Shown: piece by piece, positions 18,062 through 27,640 of the stretch | Numbering within the stretch: the stretch's first letter is position 1 | Layout of the letters: each line of letters starts with the position of its first letter | IMG/VR virus record: IMGVR_UViG_2703718854_000001 | DNA length: 35,878 bases | From: a virus | Taxonomy: Duplodnaviria; Heunggongvirae; Uroviricota; Caudoviricetes | Direction: 5' to 3' (one strand) | Notes under the pieces: generated by a model | The model's database searches: none | What the model was told of the DNA's origin: nothing | Seen by the model: the letters and a program-made list of their open reading frames with translations, nothing else | Position numbers and translations under genes: made by a program

Positions 18062-18487
18062 ATGAAGAAATTATCCCTTTCACTGATGCTGAACGTGTCG
18101 CTGGCGCTGATGCTGGCACTGTCCCTGATTTACCCGCAGAGCGGGGCCGTCAATTTTGTCGCTGCCTGGGCGATTCTGGCGACGGCTATCTGTGTGGTTG
18201 CCGGTGGTGTTGGCGTGTATGCCACTGAGTATGTACTGGAACGCTACGGGCGAGAGCTGCCGCCGGAATCGCTGGCCGTGAAGATTGTCACGTCGCTGTT
18301 TTTGCAGCCGGTGCCGTGGTGCAGACGGGCGGCGGGTCTGGTGGTGATGGTGGCGACGTTTCTCTCGCTGGTCGCTGCCGGGTGGATTTTTACCGCGCTG
18401 ATTTATCTCGTGGCATCGCTGTTTTTCCGACTGATGCAGACTGCCTGCCGTCAGCGTCTTGAGGGGCGGGAACTATGTCAAAGCTGA
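18062..18487 (+). CDS. lysA: Lysis timing protein LysA, 141 aa, membrane protein
   Basis: Multi-transmembrane composition; length and position match P2 lysA. Confidence 0.8.
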   Translation: MKKLSLSLMLNVSLALMLALSLIYPQSGAVNFVAAWAILATAICVVAGGVGVYATEYVLERYGRELPPESLAVKIVTSLFLQPVPWCRRAAGLVVMVATFLSLVAAGWIFTALIYLVASLFFRLMQTACRQRLEGRELCQS

Positions 18488-18900
18488 TGATTGTGCTGGT
18501 TGTGTTGTTATCGCTGGCGGTGGCGGGTCTGTTTCTGGCGAAGCATAAAAACGCCAGCCTGCGCACCTCACTGGACAGGGCAAACAACGTCGCCAGTGAA
18601 CAGCAGGCGACTATCTCCATGCTGAAAAATCAGCTTCATGTTGCCCTCTCCAGGGCAGACAAAAACGAGCTGGCGCAGGTGGCACTGCGTCAGGAACTGG
18701 AGAACGCCGCGAAGCGTGAAGCTCAGCGCGAGAAAACCATCACGAGATTACTCAATGAAAACGAAGATTTTCGCCGCTGGTACGGTGCTGACCTGCCTGA
18801 TGCTGTGCGCCGGTTGCACCAGCGCCCCGCCTGCACCGACGCCAGTGATTGTCCACAACGCCTGCCCGAAAGTGAGTCTTTGCCCGATGCCGGGCAGTGA
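18475..18900 (+). CDS. lysB: LysB (Rz-like inner-membrane spanin), 141 aa
   Basis: N-terminal transmembrane segment with a coiled-coil-like remainder; length matches P2 lysB. Confidence 0.8.
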   Translation: MSKLMIVLVVLLSLAVAGLFLAKHKNASLRTSLDRANNVASEQQATISMLKNQLHVALSRADKNELAQVALRQELENAAKREAQREKTITRLLNENEDFRRWYGADLPDAVRRLHQRPACTDASDCPQRLPESESLPDAGQ

Positions 18901-19045
18901 CCCGGAGACGAACGGCGATTTAAGTGCCGATATCCGGCAGCTTGAGAACGCGCTGGCACGCTGTGCCAGCCAGGTAAAAATGATTAAACACTGTCAGGAC
19001 GAAAACGATGCTCAAACCCGACAGCCTGCGCAGGGCGCTGACTGA
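18755..19045 (+). CDS. lysC: LysC (Rz1-like outer-membrane lipoprotein spanin), 96 aa, in the +1 frame inside and beyond lysB
   Basis: Lipoprotein signal (LMLCAGC), Pro-rich; length and embedded arrangement match P2 lysC. Confidence 0.6.
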   Translation: MKTKIFAAGTVLTCLMLCAGCTSAPPAPTPVIVHNACPKVSLCPMPGSDPETNGDLSADIRQLENALARCASQVKMIKHCQDENDAQTRQPAQGAD

Positions 19046-19475
19046 TGCCGTCACGGTGCTGAAAACCAGTCCAGAGATGCTGCGGATATTCGTGGATAAC
19101 GGGAGTATTGCCTCCACACTGGCGACGTCGCTGTCATTCGAAAAGCGTTACACGCTCAATGTGATTGTGACCGACTTTACCGGTGATTTTGACCTGCTCA
19201 TCGTGCCGGTGCTGGCGTGGCTGCGGGAAAATCAGCCCGACATCATGACCACCGACGCAGGCCAGAAAAAGGGCTTCACGTTTTATGCAGACATCAACAA
19301 TGACAGCAGCTTTGATATCAGCATCAGCCTGATGCTGACCGAGCGCACGCTGGTCAGTGAGGTTGACGGCGCGCTGCATGTGAAGAATATCCCGGAACCT
19401 CCGCCGCAGGAGCCGGTCACCCGCCCGATGGAGCTTTATATCAATGGCGAACTGGTGAGCAAGTGGGATGAATGA
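19008..19475 (+). CDS. R: Tail completion protein R, 155 aa
   Basis: Length and position match P2 R. Confidence 0.85.
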   Translation: MLKPDSLRRALTDAVTVLKTSPEMLRIFVDNGSIASTLATSLSFEKRYTLNVIVTDFTGDFDLLIVPVLAWLRENQPDIMTTDAGQKKGFTFYADINNDSSFDISISLMLTERTLVSEVDGALHVKNIPEPPPQEPVTRPMELYINGELVSKWDE

Positions 19476-19920
19476 GTTTAAGCGTTTTGAAGACCGGCTG
19501 GCCGGACTTATTGAATCGCTGTCACCGTCAGGGCGTCGGCGACTGAGTGCCGAACTGGCGAAACGTCTGCGTCAGAGTCAGCAGCGTCGGGTGATGGCAC
19601 AGAAAGCCCCGGACGGCACACCCTACGCGCCACGCCAGCAGCAGAGCGCCAGAAAAAAGACCGGTCGCGTTAAGCGAAAAATGTTTGCGAAACTTATCAC
19701 CAGTCGTTTTTTGCATATCCGCGCCAGCCCGGAACAGGCATCAATGGAATTTTACGGCGGGAAGTCACCGAAAATCGCCAGCGTGCATCAGTTTGGTCTG
19801 TCGGAAGAAACCCGGAAAGACGGTAAGAAAATTGATTATCCGGCGCGTCCTTTGCTCGGCTTTACCGGTAAGGATGTGCAGATGATTGAAGAGATTATCC
19901 TGGCTCACCTCGATCGTTAG
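19468..19920 (+). CDS. S: Tail completion protein S, 150 aa
   Basis: Length and position match P2 S. Confidence 0.85.
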   Translation: MNEFKRFEDRLAGLIESLSPSGRRRLSAELAKRLRQSQQRRVMAQKAPDGTPYAPRQQQSARKKTGRVKRKMFAKLITSRFLHIRASPEQASMEFYGGKSPKIASVHQFGLSEETRKDGKKIDYPARPLLGFTGKDVQMIEEIILAHLDR

Positions 19921-20070
19921 TTGTGCAATTTTTTTACGCTTTATTGCTGAGTTGTTGATTGTTGTATAACACTCTTTGTATTTTCGTCGGATAAGTTTTA
20001 ATTGCCACTTGAAAATATACAGTCGATTGGGGCATAAGGATTCATCAATGGTGATCGTTTGAATGTTTAA

Positions 20071-20101
20071 GGCCGCGATAAAATGTCGCGGCCAGTTTTT
20101 T
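20071..20101 (+). terminator. Rho-independent terminator after S (possibly bidirectional)
   Basis: ggccgcga-taaaat-tcgcggcc hairpin followed by tttttt. Confidence 0.5.
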
Positions 20102-20124
20102 CCGTTTGCGAACTGACCAGGTTG

Positions 20125-20868
20125 TTATCTGGTTAAATAAGTGAGCTCACTCTCTTTAGGTATTAGCTGAGTGTCTCCTCCCCATTCGTTCATGATGTTT
20201 TTTCTCGCATTCCAGTATTCTTGGTAAGTATCTTGATGAACAGTGTAGATACTTGCTAAAAGCCAGTGTTGATACTTAAGAGTCGTGTATTGGTATTCTT
20301 CTATTATCGGTAAAATGAATAAGTTTTTTTGCTTTAGTGAGATTAAATATTCTTTTGTTTGTTTGGTGGTTCTGTCATTGTTTAAGATTCTTTCAATCTT
20401 AAATGAAAAGCCGTGCATGTTTATATTTCTTTGGAGGTGCATGAATGATGATATTGATGGGGCGATCATGTTTTGATGCGTCAGGATGTTTCTTAAATCC
20501 TCCATTAATTTTATTACTGGATTATTTCGGAATTCATGATTGATGAATGCCTCTGATTTGATTTTAATGTCGGCAATATTTAATGCTTTTGTTTTAAGTA
20601 GGTTGCGCGTTGAATCTCTAAATGATAATGCTGAAGATATATAATTGAAAAGGTGTCTTGATATGTTTAAATGTTCTTTTTTAAATTTGTCTCTGTTAAA
20701 TGAATGACGGGAAACAATGTCAGGGGAGTTGAATTTGCTTAATTCATGTTGGACAACTTCGTAATTGGCAATATGCATATGTCCAAGTAAATTGGTGTCG
20801 GAGATTTTTAAATACTCTTGATGGGCGATGGTGTCTTTTTGATTTTCCCAGATTTGATATTTATCCAT
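20125..20868 (-). CDS. AT-rich hypothetical protein (247 aa) on the opposite strand between S and V (P2 orf30 position)
   Basis: Long ORF with much lower GC than the backbone, antisense to the late operons; no domain recognised. Confidence 0.6.
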   Translation of the reverse strand: MDKYQIWENQKDTIAHQEYLKISDTNLLGHMHIANYEVVQHELSKFNSPDIVSRHSFNRDKFKKEHLNISRHLFNYISSALSFRDSTRNLLKTKALNIADIKIKSEAFINHEFRNNPVIKLMEDLRNILTHQNMIAPSISSFMHLQRNINMHGFSFKIERILNNDRTTKQTKEYLISLKQKNLFILPIIEEYQYTTLKYQHWLLASIYTVHQDTYQEYWNARKNIMNEWGGDTQLIPKESELTYLTR

Positions 20869-20887
20869 ACTTCAGTTCCTTCTTGAT

Positions 20888-20905
20888 TGTGCCAAAAATG
20901 ATACA
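20888..20905 (+). promoter_or_regulatory. Candidate Ogr-dependent late promoter for V (TGT-N12-ACA dyad)
   Basis: TGT gccaaaaatgat ACA at 20888-20905, with a TATAAAT-like -10 about 25 bp downstream and the V ATG at 20952. Confidence 0.45.
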
Positions 20906-20951
20906 ACGGGTTGTAATGGTTTATCGAGTATAAATCTCTCATTATTGCCGT

Positions 20952-21587
20952 ATGAGCACATTATCAAATATTCAGGAACTCGCGCGCGCACTGCGCAACA
21001 TGATACGCACCGGCATTGTCGTCGAAACCGACCTTAACGCCGGTCGCTGCCGTGTGCAGACCGGCGGCATGTGCACCGACTGGCTTCAGTGGCTGACCCA
21101 TCGCGCCGGGCGTTCGCGCACATGGTGGGCACCTTCCGTGGGGGAACAGGTGCTGATTCTGGCCGTGGGCGGTGAACTTGACACGGCGTTTGTTCTGCCG
21201 GGGATTTATTCCGGCGATAACCCCGCGCCGTCTGCGTCGGCGGATGCCCTGCATATCCGTTTCCCTGACGGGGCGGTGATTGAGTATGAACCCGAAACCA
21301 GTGCACTCACGGTAAGCGGAATTAAAACGGCCAGCGTGACGGCTTCTGATTCTGTTACTGCCACGGTGCCGGTGGTCACGGTGAAAGCATCAACCCGCGT
21401 CACCCTGGACACACCAGAGGTGGTCTGCACCAACAGGCTGATTACCGGCACGCTGGAAGTGCAGAAGGGCGGGACGATGCGCGGCAACATTGAACACACC
21501 GGCGGTGAACTCTCATCAAACGGTAAGGTACTGCATACCCATAAACACCCCGGCGACAGCGGCGGCACAACCGGGAGTCCTCTATGA
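20952..21587 (+). CDS. V: Baseplate spike / assembly protein V, 211 aa
   Basis: Length and position match P2 V. Confidence 0.88.
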   Translation: MSTLSNIQELARALRNMIRTGIVVETDLNAGRCRVQTGGMCTDWLQWLTHRAGRSRTWWAPSVGEQVLILAVGGELDTAFVLPGIYSGDNPAPSASADALHIRFPDGAVIEYEPETSALTVSGIKTASVTASDSVTATVPVVTVKASTRVTLDTPEVVCTNRLITGTLEVQKGGTMRGNIEHTGGELSSNGKVLHTHKHPGDSGGTTGSPL

Positions 21588-21931
21588 CAGCGCGTTATCT
21601 CGGAATGAATCGCAGTGATGGCCTGACTGTCACTGACCTTGAGCATATCAGCCAGAGTATCGGCGATATCCTGCGCACACCGGTCGGCTCACGGGTGATG
21701 CGTCGTGATTACGGCTCGTTGCTGGCGTCAATGATTGACCAGCCGCAGACTCCGGCGCTTGAGTTGCAGATTAAGGTCGCCTGTTACATGGCAGTGCTGA
21801 AATGGGAACCCCGCGTCACCCTGTCATCCGTCACCACGGCGCGCATTTTTGACGGGCGAATGACGGTCACGTTAACCGGTCAGCACAACGACACCGGCCA
21901 GCCACTTTCGTTAACCATCCCTGTGAGTTGA
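21584..21931 (+). CDS. W: Baseplate protein W (gp25-like), 115 aa
   Basis: Length and position match P2 W. Confidence 0.88.
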   Translation: MTARYLGMNRSDGLTVTDLEHISQSIGDILRTPVGSRVMRRDYGSLLASMIDQPQTPALELQIKVACYMAVLKWEPRVTLSSVTTARIFDGRMTVTLTGQHNDTGQPLSLTIPVS

Positions 21932-21935
21932 AACC

Positions 21936-22844
21936 ATGCCGATTATCGACCTGAACCAGCTACCCGCACCGGATGTGGTCGAGGAGCTGGACTTTGAAAC
22001 CATTCTTGCCGAACGCAAGGCGACACTGATTTCCCTTTACCCGGAAGACCAGCAGGAGGCGGTCGCCCGTACCCTGACGCTGGAATCCGAACCTCTCGTC
22101 AAACTGCTGGAGGAAAATGCTTATCGTGAGCTTATCTGGCGTCAGCGTGTGAATGAGGCCGCACGGGCGGTAATGCTGGCCTGTGCCGCCGGTAATGACC
22201 TTGATGTGATTGGTGCCAATTACAACACCACGCGCCTGACTATCACCCCGGCAGATGATTCGACCATCCCGCCGACACCGGCAGTGATGGAGTCTGACAC
22301 CGATTATCGTCTGCGTATTCAGCAGGCGTTTGAGGGCTTAAGCGTCGCCGGGTCGGTGGGAGCCTATCAGTATCATGGTCGCAGTGCCGACGGGCGTGTC
22401 GCGGATATCTCTGTCACCAGTCCGTCTCCGGCCTGCGTCACTATCTCCGTGCTGTCTCGCGAAAATAACGGTGTCGCATCCGAAGACCTGCTGGCGGTGG
22501 TGCGCAACGCCCTGAATGGTGAGGACGTCAGGCCGGTGGCCGACCGCGTGACCGTGCAGTCTGCCGCCATCGTTGAATACCAGATAAACGCCACGCTTTA
22601 CCTTTACCCTGGTCCCGAAAGCGAACCCATCCGCGCTGCTGCCGTGAAAAAACTGGAAGCGTACATCACGGCACAGCACCGGCTGGGGCGCGACATCCGT
22701 CTGTCTGCTATTTATGCCGCTTTGCATGTGGAAGGCGTGCAGCGTGTCGAGCTGGCTGCACCACTGGCCGACATTGTGCTCAACAGTACGCAGGCGTCTT
22801 TCTGCACCGAATACCGCGTCGTGACCGGGGGCTCGGATGAGTGA
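21936..22844 (+). CDS. J: Baseplate protein J, 302 aa
   Basis: Length and position match P2 J. Confidence 0.88.
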   Translation: MPIIDLNQLPAPDVVEELDFETILAERKATLISLYPEDQQEAVARTLTLESEPLVKLLEENAYRELIWRQRVNEAARAVMLACAAGNDLDVIGANYNTTRLTITPADDSTIPPTPAVMESDTDYRLRIQQAFEGLSVAGSVGAYQYHGRSADGRVADISVTSPSPACVTISVLSRENNGVASEDLLAVVRNALNGEDVRPVADRVTVQSAAIVEYQINATLYLYPGPESEPIRAAAVKKLEAYITAQHRLGRDIRLSAIYAALHVEGVQRVELAAPLADIVLNSTQASFCTEYRVVTGGSDE

Positions 22845-23367
22845 TTCGCGACTGCTGCCGACCGGCTCATCACCGCTTGAAGTTGCCGCCGCAAAAGCCT
22901 GTGCGGAAATTGAAAAAACGCCGGTCAGTATTCGTGAACTGTGGAACCCGGACACCTGTCCGGCAAATCTGCTGCCGTGGCTGGCGTGGGCGTTTTCGGT
23001 CGACAGGTGGGATGAAAAGTGGCCGGAAGCGACAAAACGCGCCGTTATCCGCGATGCCTATTTCATCCACTGTCATAAGGGCACGATAGGTGCAATCCGG
23101 CGTGTGGTGGAGCCGCTGGGCTATCTCATCAACGTGACGGAGTGGTGGGAAACCAGTGACCCGCCGGGCACCTTCCGGCTTGATATTGGTGTACTGGAAA
23201 GTGGCATCACAGAGGCAATGTATCAGGAAATGGAACGGCTGATTGCTGATGCCAAACCTGCAAGCCGTCACCTTATTGGCCTGAACATTACCCGGGACAT
23301 TCCCGGCTACCTGTTCGCCGGTGGTGTGGCTTACGACGGCGATGTAATTACGGTTTACCCCGGATAA
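22837..23367 (+). CDS. I: Baseplate protein I, 176 aa
   Basis: Length and position match P2 I. Confidence 0.88.
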   Translation: MSDSRLLPTGSSPLEVAAAKACAEIEKTPVSIRELWNPDTCPANLLPWLAWAFSVDRWDEKWPEATKRAVIRDAYFIHCHKGTIGAIRRVVEPLGYLINVTEWWETSDPPGTFRLDIGVLESGITEAMYQEMERLIADAKPASRHLIGLNITRDIPGYLFAGGVAYDGDVITVYPG

Positions 23368-23377
23368 GTGAGGAATA

Positions 23378-25306
23378 ATGAGCACAAAATTCAGAACCGT
23401 TATCACCACTGCCGGTGCAGCAAAGCTGGCAGCGGCAACCGCGCCGGGAGGGCGGAAGGTCAACATTACCACGATGGCCGTCGGGGATGGCGGTGGTAAA
23501 TTGCCTGTCCCGGATGCCGGACAGACCGGGCTTATCCATGAAGTCTGGCGACATGCGCTGAACAAAATCAGCCAGGACAAACGAAACAGTAATTATATTA
23601 TCGCAGAGCTGGTTATTCCGCCGGAGGTGGGCGGTTTCTGGATGCGTGAGCTTGGCCTGTACGATGATGCGGGAACATTAATTGCCGTGGCGAACATGGC
23701 CGAAAGTTATAAGCCAGCTCTTGCCGAAGGCTCAGGGCGTTCGCAGACCTGTCGCATGGTCATCATCGTCAGCAGTGTGGCCTCAGTGGCGCTGACCATT
23801 GACACCACAACGGTGATGGCGACGCAGGATTACGTTGATGACAAAATTGCAGAGCATGAACAGTCACGACGTCACCCGGACGCCTCGCTGACCGCAAAAG
23901 GTTTTACTCAGTTAAGCAGTGCGATCAACAGCACGTCTGAAACACTGGCCGCAACGCCGAAAGCGGTAAAGGCCGCGTATGATCTTGCTAACGGGAAATA
24001 CACTGCGCAGGATGCCACCACAGCGCGAAAAGGCCTTGTCCAGCTCAGTAGCGCCACCAACAGCACGTCTGAAACGCTCGCCGCAACACCAAAAGCGGTA
24101 AAGGCAGCATATGACCTTGCTAACGGGAAATACACTGCACAGGACGCCACCACAGCGCGAAAAGGTCTTGTCCAGCTCAGTAGCGCCACCAACAGCGATT
24201 CTGAAACGCTTGCAGCAACGCCAAAGGCGGTTAAGACAGCGTATGACCTTGCTAACGGGAAATACACTGCGCAGGATGCCACCACGGCGCGAAAAGGCCT
24301 TGTCCAGCTCAGTAGCGCCACCAACAGTGATTCTGAAACGCTGGCCGCAACACCAAAAGCAGTGAAGTCTGCCTATGACAATGCTGAAAAACGTCTTCAG
24401 AAAGATCAGAACGGTGCGGATATTCCGGGAAAGGATACCTTCACGAAAAATATCGGTGCCTGTCGTGCTTATAGCGGCGCTTTGAGCACTGAAGCCGGAA
24501 ACTGGACAACCGCTCAGTTTATTGAATGGCTGGATTCCCGTGGTGCATTTAATCATCCGTACTGGATGTGCAAATGTTCATGGTCATACGGCAATAATAA
24601 AATTATTACCGATACTGGCTGTGGAACTATTCATCTTGCAGGTTGCGTTATTGAGGTTATGGGTAATAAAGGTGCCATGACCATCCGTGTAACAACACCA
24701 AGCACTTCCACCGGAGGCGGCACCACTAACGCTCAATTCACTTATATTAATCATGGTGATGCTTATGCTCCTGGCTGGCGACGAGACTACAACACGAAAA
24801 ACCAGCAGCCTGCATTTGCTTTAGGGAAAACAGGAAGCACTGTCGGAAATGATAAAGCTGTTGGCTGGAACTGGAATAGCGGGGTCTATCAAGCAAATAT
24901 TGGTGGCGCATCGACATTAATCCTCCATTTCAATATGAGCGAGGGGAGTTGCCCTGCCGTACAGTTCCGTGTGAATTATAAGAACGGCGGTATTTATTAT
25001 CGTTCAGCGCGTGATGGTTATGGATTTGAGGCTGACTGGTCAGAGTTTTACACCACAACCCGCAAACCCTCTGCGGGAGATGTTGGTGCATATACCAAAG
25101 ATGAATCGGATTCTCGCTATGTACGAGATATTCGCCTGGGCACACGTGTTGTTCAGACTATGCAAAAAGGTGTGATGTATGAGAAAGCAGGGCACGTAAT
25201 TACCGGGCTTGGTATTGTCGGTGAAGTCGATGGTGATGACCCCGCAGTATTCAGACCAATACAAAAATACATCAATGGAACATGGTATAACGTCGCACAG
25301 GTGTAA
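23378..25306 (+). CDS. H: Tail fiber protein H (642 aa) with an internal repeat array and a divergent C-terminal receptor-binding region
   Basis: Conserved P2-like N-terminus; 44-aa repeats; lower-GC C-terminal third. Confidence 0.85.
   Translation: MSTKFRTVITTAGAAKLAAATAPGGRKVNITTMAVGDGGGKLPVPDAGQTGLIHEVWRHALNKISQDKRNSNYIIAELVIPPEVGGFWMRELGLYDDAGTLIAVANMAESYKPALAEGSGRSQTCRMVIIVSSVASVALTIDTTTVMATQDYVDDKIAEHEQSRRHPDASLTAKGFTQLSSAINSTSETLAATPKAVKAAYDLANGKYTAQDATTARKGLVQLSSATNSTSETLAATPKAVKAAYDLANGKYTAQDATTARKGLVQLSSATNSDSETLAATPKAVKTAYDLANGKYTAQDATTARKGLVQLSSATNSDSETLAATPKAVKSAYDNAEKRLQKDQNGADIPGKDTFTKNIGACRAYSGALSTEAGNWTTAQFIEWLDSRGAFNHPYWMCKCSWSYGNNKIITDTGCGTIHLAGCVIEVMGNKGAMTIRVTTPSTSTGGGTTNAQFTYINHGDAYAPGWRRDYNTKNQQPAFALGKTGSTVGNDKAVGWNWNSGVYQANIGGASTLILHFNMSEGSCPAVQFRVNYKNGGIYYRSARDGYGFEADWSEFYTTTRKPSAGDVGAYTKDESDSRYVRDIRLGTRVVQTMQKGVMYEKAGHVITGLGIVGEVDGDDPAVFRPIQKYINGTWYNVAQV
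23887..24390 (+). repeat. In-frame tandem repeat array within H: 132-bp unit, about 3.8 copies
   Basis: Unit starts at 23987, 24119 and 24251 (period 132 bp); encodes KGLVQLSSATNS(T/D)SETLAATPKAVKAAYDLANGKYTAQDATTAR. Confidence 0.8.
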
Positions 25307-25309
25307 TTT

Positions 25310-25837
25310 ATGCAGCATTTAAAAAATATTATTGCGGGTAATCCAAAAACTGTTGCCCAATATCAACTGACAAAAAATTTTGATGTTATCTGGTTATGGT
25401 CCGAAGAGGGAAAAAACTGGTATGAGGAAGTAAGTAATTTTCAGGAGGACACGATAAAGATTGTTTACGACGAGAATAATATAATTGTCGGCATCACCAG
25501 AGATGCTTCAACACTTAACCCTGAAGGTTTTAGCGTTGTCGAGGTTCCTGATATTACCGCCAACCGACGTGCTGATGACTCAGGTAAATGGATGTTTAAG
25601 GATGGTGCCGTGATTAAGCGGATTTATACGGCAGACGAACAGCAACAACAGGCCGAATCACAAAAGGCCGCGTTACTTTCCGAAGCGGAAAGCGTTATCC
25701 AGCCGCTGGAACGCGCCGTCAGGCTGAATATGGCGACGGATGGGGAGCGCGCACGACTGGAGTCATGGGAACGCTACAGCGTTCTGGTCAGCCGTGTGGA
25801 TCCTGCAAATCCTGAATGGCCGGAAATACCGCAATAA
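25310..25837 (+). CDS. G: Tail fiber assembly chaperone G, 175 aa
   Basis: Length and position match P2 G. Confidence 0.8.
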   Translation: MQHLKNIIAGNPKTVAQYQLTKNFDVIWLWSEEGKNWYEEVSNFQEDTIKIVYDENNIIVGITRDASTLNPEGFSVVEVPDITANRRADDSGKWMFKDGAVIKRIYTADEQQQQAESQKAALLSEAESVIQPLERAVRLNMATDGERARLESWERYSVLVSRVDPANPEWPEIPQ

Positions 25838-26127
25838 GTTGTATGATATCTGGAGTGAGCTAACGTATCTATGGCACAGAGTAAAACTTAATCTGACAGT
25901 CTGCTCTGTACCAAAAGCGGAACTTGCTTACATCGTGCTATGTTAGTTTGCTGGGAGCAGGTCATTATCTACGTGATTGCTATTTTATAACTTGGATAAA
26001 ATGGGGGATGAACATAATATCGAGACAGTGATTGCAGAGTTAGTCATTATAGGCGGGCATCAGTTCATGCCGGATCTCTAATGCAATTATCAGGAAAATA
26101 TGGGACGTTTTATCAATCAGAGGAAAT

Positions 26128-27354
26128 ATGTTACAGTTCAGCTTTGTATCAAATGACGTTGTTATGACTTACGACGGTGACAGCGGAGAACAAATAATTT
26201 GGGTTTGGGAGAGTTTAAATAAATTTCAAACAGTATGCATTTCACGAATTTTTAACTTTCAACTCCAGGATTTGAGAAACCCACCGTCAACCGTTCAGGA
26301 TTTTAATGATTACGAATATTCCTTTAATTTTGGCACGCTTAATAATGAATACATAACAGTTCCGGGACGGATTCTAAGCATTAATCGAGATGTCCTTATA
26401 CATAAGTCCATCAAGCTTGAAAGGAAAGTATTTGCGTCAGAACGCAACGTCTCCATTTTTGGTCGGCTTTCAAAACTACTCGATCACACTAATCCCATCA
26501 TCATCGGAGGAGATAAGCCGGAAGCTATACCAAAAAGCGTATTCCAGGAGTTGCAAAGTAAATTCCCCAACACAGGGGAACTGGATCGCTATGCTAATGC
26601 AAGGGTTCACGCTATTCTCGCAGGTTATCTTGATGGTATGAAAGATGCTCGCGAACGGTATGAACATTACCTAAACAGAAAAACAGTGATCAGAAAAACC
26701 GACAAACTGGGTTTAGAAGTTTTAAATAAGCTCGAAATTGAGAAATATACACTCATAAGAGACATTATCCAGGATGCGTTGAATAACAAAACTAACTTGT
26801 CTGAAGATGACTGGCAGAGCCTGATGATACCCTTCATCACATTACTTTTTCCAAAATATATCAAGGTCCTCGAGAAGGTTAAAATTTTCGACTATTACTC
26901 TAATCCTTCGGCTAAAACAAATCGGTTTATAGACATTGCACTGGTGGATGCAAACGGCAACCTTGATATCATCGAAGTCAAAAAGCCGTTTGATGATAAG
27001 ATCCTTCGCAAGACGCCCTATCGCGATAACTATATTCCTACATCAGAACTTAGCGGCGGTATTATGCAGGCTGAAAAGTATATTTTTCATTTATCTAAAT
27101 GGGGTGTTAAGGGTGAAAAAGAGCTTACGAATGCCTACAAGAATTCTCTGCCAGCGGGAATGTGTATTCGTATATCTAACCCAAAAGCCATCATCATTGT
27201 CGGGCGCGATCAGATAGCGAACGGTAACATGACCGACGGTCAGTTGCTTGATTTTGAGATAATCAAACGTAAGTACGCCAACATGATAGACATATTGACG
27301 TACGACGACCTGTTGCGTCGACTTAATAATACGATTGAAGCATTGAAAGGTTGA
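26128..27354 (+). CDS. Cargo protein at the Z/fun position (408 aa) with a C-terminal PD-(D/E)xK-like nuclease motif; Shedu (DUF4263)-like candidate
   Basis: IDIALVD...DIIEVKKP...QAEKY pattern in the C-terminal third; N-terminal 250 aa unrecognised; AT-rich; sits in the G-FI variable locus. Confidence 0.5.
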   Translation: MLQFSFVSNDVVMTYDGDSGEQIIWVWESLNKFQTVCISRIFNFQLQDLRNPPSTVQDFNDYEYSFNFGTLNNEYITVPGRILSINRDVLIHKSIKLERKVFASERNVSIFGRLSKLLDHTNPIIIGGDKPEAIPKSVFQELQSKFPNTGELDRYANARVHAILAGYLDGMKDARERYEHYLNRKTVIRKTDKLGLEVLNKLEIEKYTLIRDIIQDALNNKTNLSEDDWQSLMIPFITLLFPKYIKVLEKVKIFDYYSNPSAKTNRFIDIALVDANGNLDIIEVKKPFDDKILRKTPYRDNYIPTSELSGGIMQAEKYIFHLSKWGVKGEKELTNAYKNSLPAGMCIRISNPKAIIIVGRDQIANGNMTDGQLLDFEIIKRKYANMIDILTYDDLLRRLNNTIEALKG

Positions 27355-27516
27355 ATGCCCATGAGGTTCACACCCACAACGGGGAGCAGGTCACTTCCTC
27401 TTGTTTGATTGACATACCATAACGTCTGCTTTTGGCTCAAAGCAGACTGTCTGATTTGATAGCTTTTGGGCTATGTAAATTGTCAGTTGAAAAATGAGTG
27501 AGTACAAATCAGGACG

Positions 27517-27543
27517 GGCGGGCGAGTTGCCCGCCTTTTCTTT
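27517..27543 (+). terminator. Rho-independent terminator after the Z/fun-locus gene
   Basis: ggcgggc-gagtt-gcccgcc hairpin followed by ttttcttt. Confidence 0.6.
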
Positions 27544-27640
27544 AATCTGTTGTTTCATCCACTGACCAGTCAGGTCAAATAGCGTCTTATGCACTGCCCA
27601 ACAGAAAATAGTTGCACCCATTAACCACGGAGTTAAACGG

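Noticed and set aside
23887-24390. CRISPR array or other non-coding repeat array
   Set aside because: The repeats are 132 bp, directly tandem without spacers, and lie in frame within the tail fiber ORF.
7354-25306. Diversity-generating retroelement: RT plus a tail fiber gene containing repeats
   Set aside because: The RT is about 16 kb from H. The H repeats are in-frame tandem duplications, not a template/variable repeat pair with adenine-specific differences, and the RT has retron rather than DGR hallmarks.
27540-27640. Canonical TGT-N12-ACA late promoter upstream of FI
   Set aside because: Only an imperfect dyad (tgacc-agtca-ggtca) is present; I could not find an exact TGT-N12-ACA match, so no promoter call was made here.
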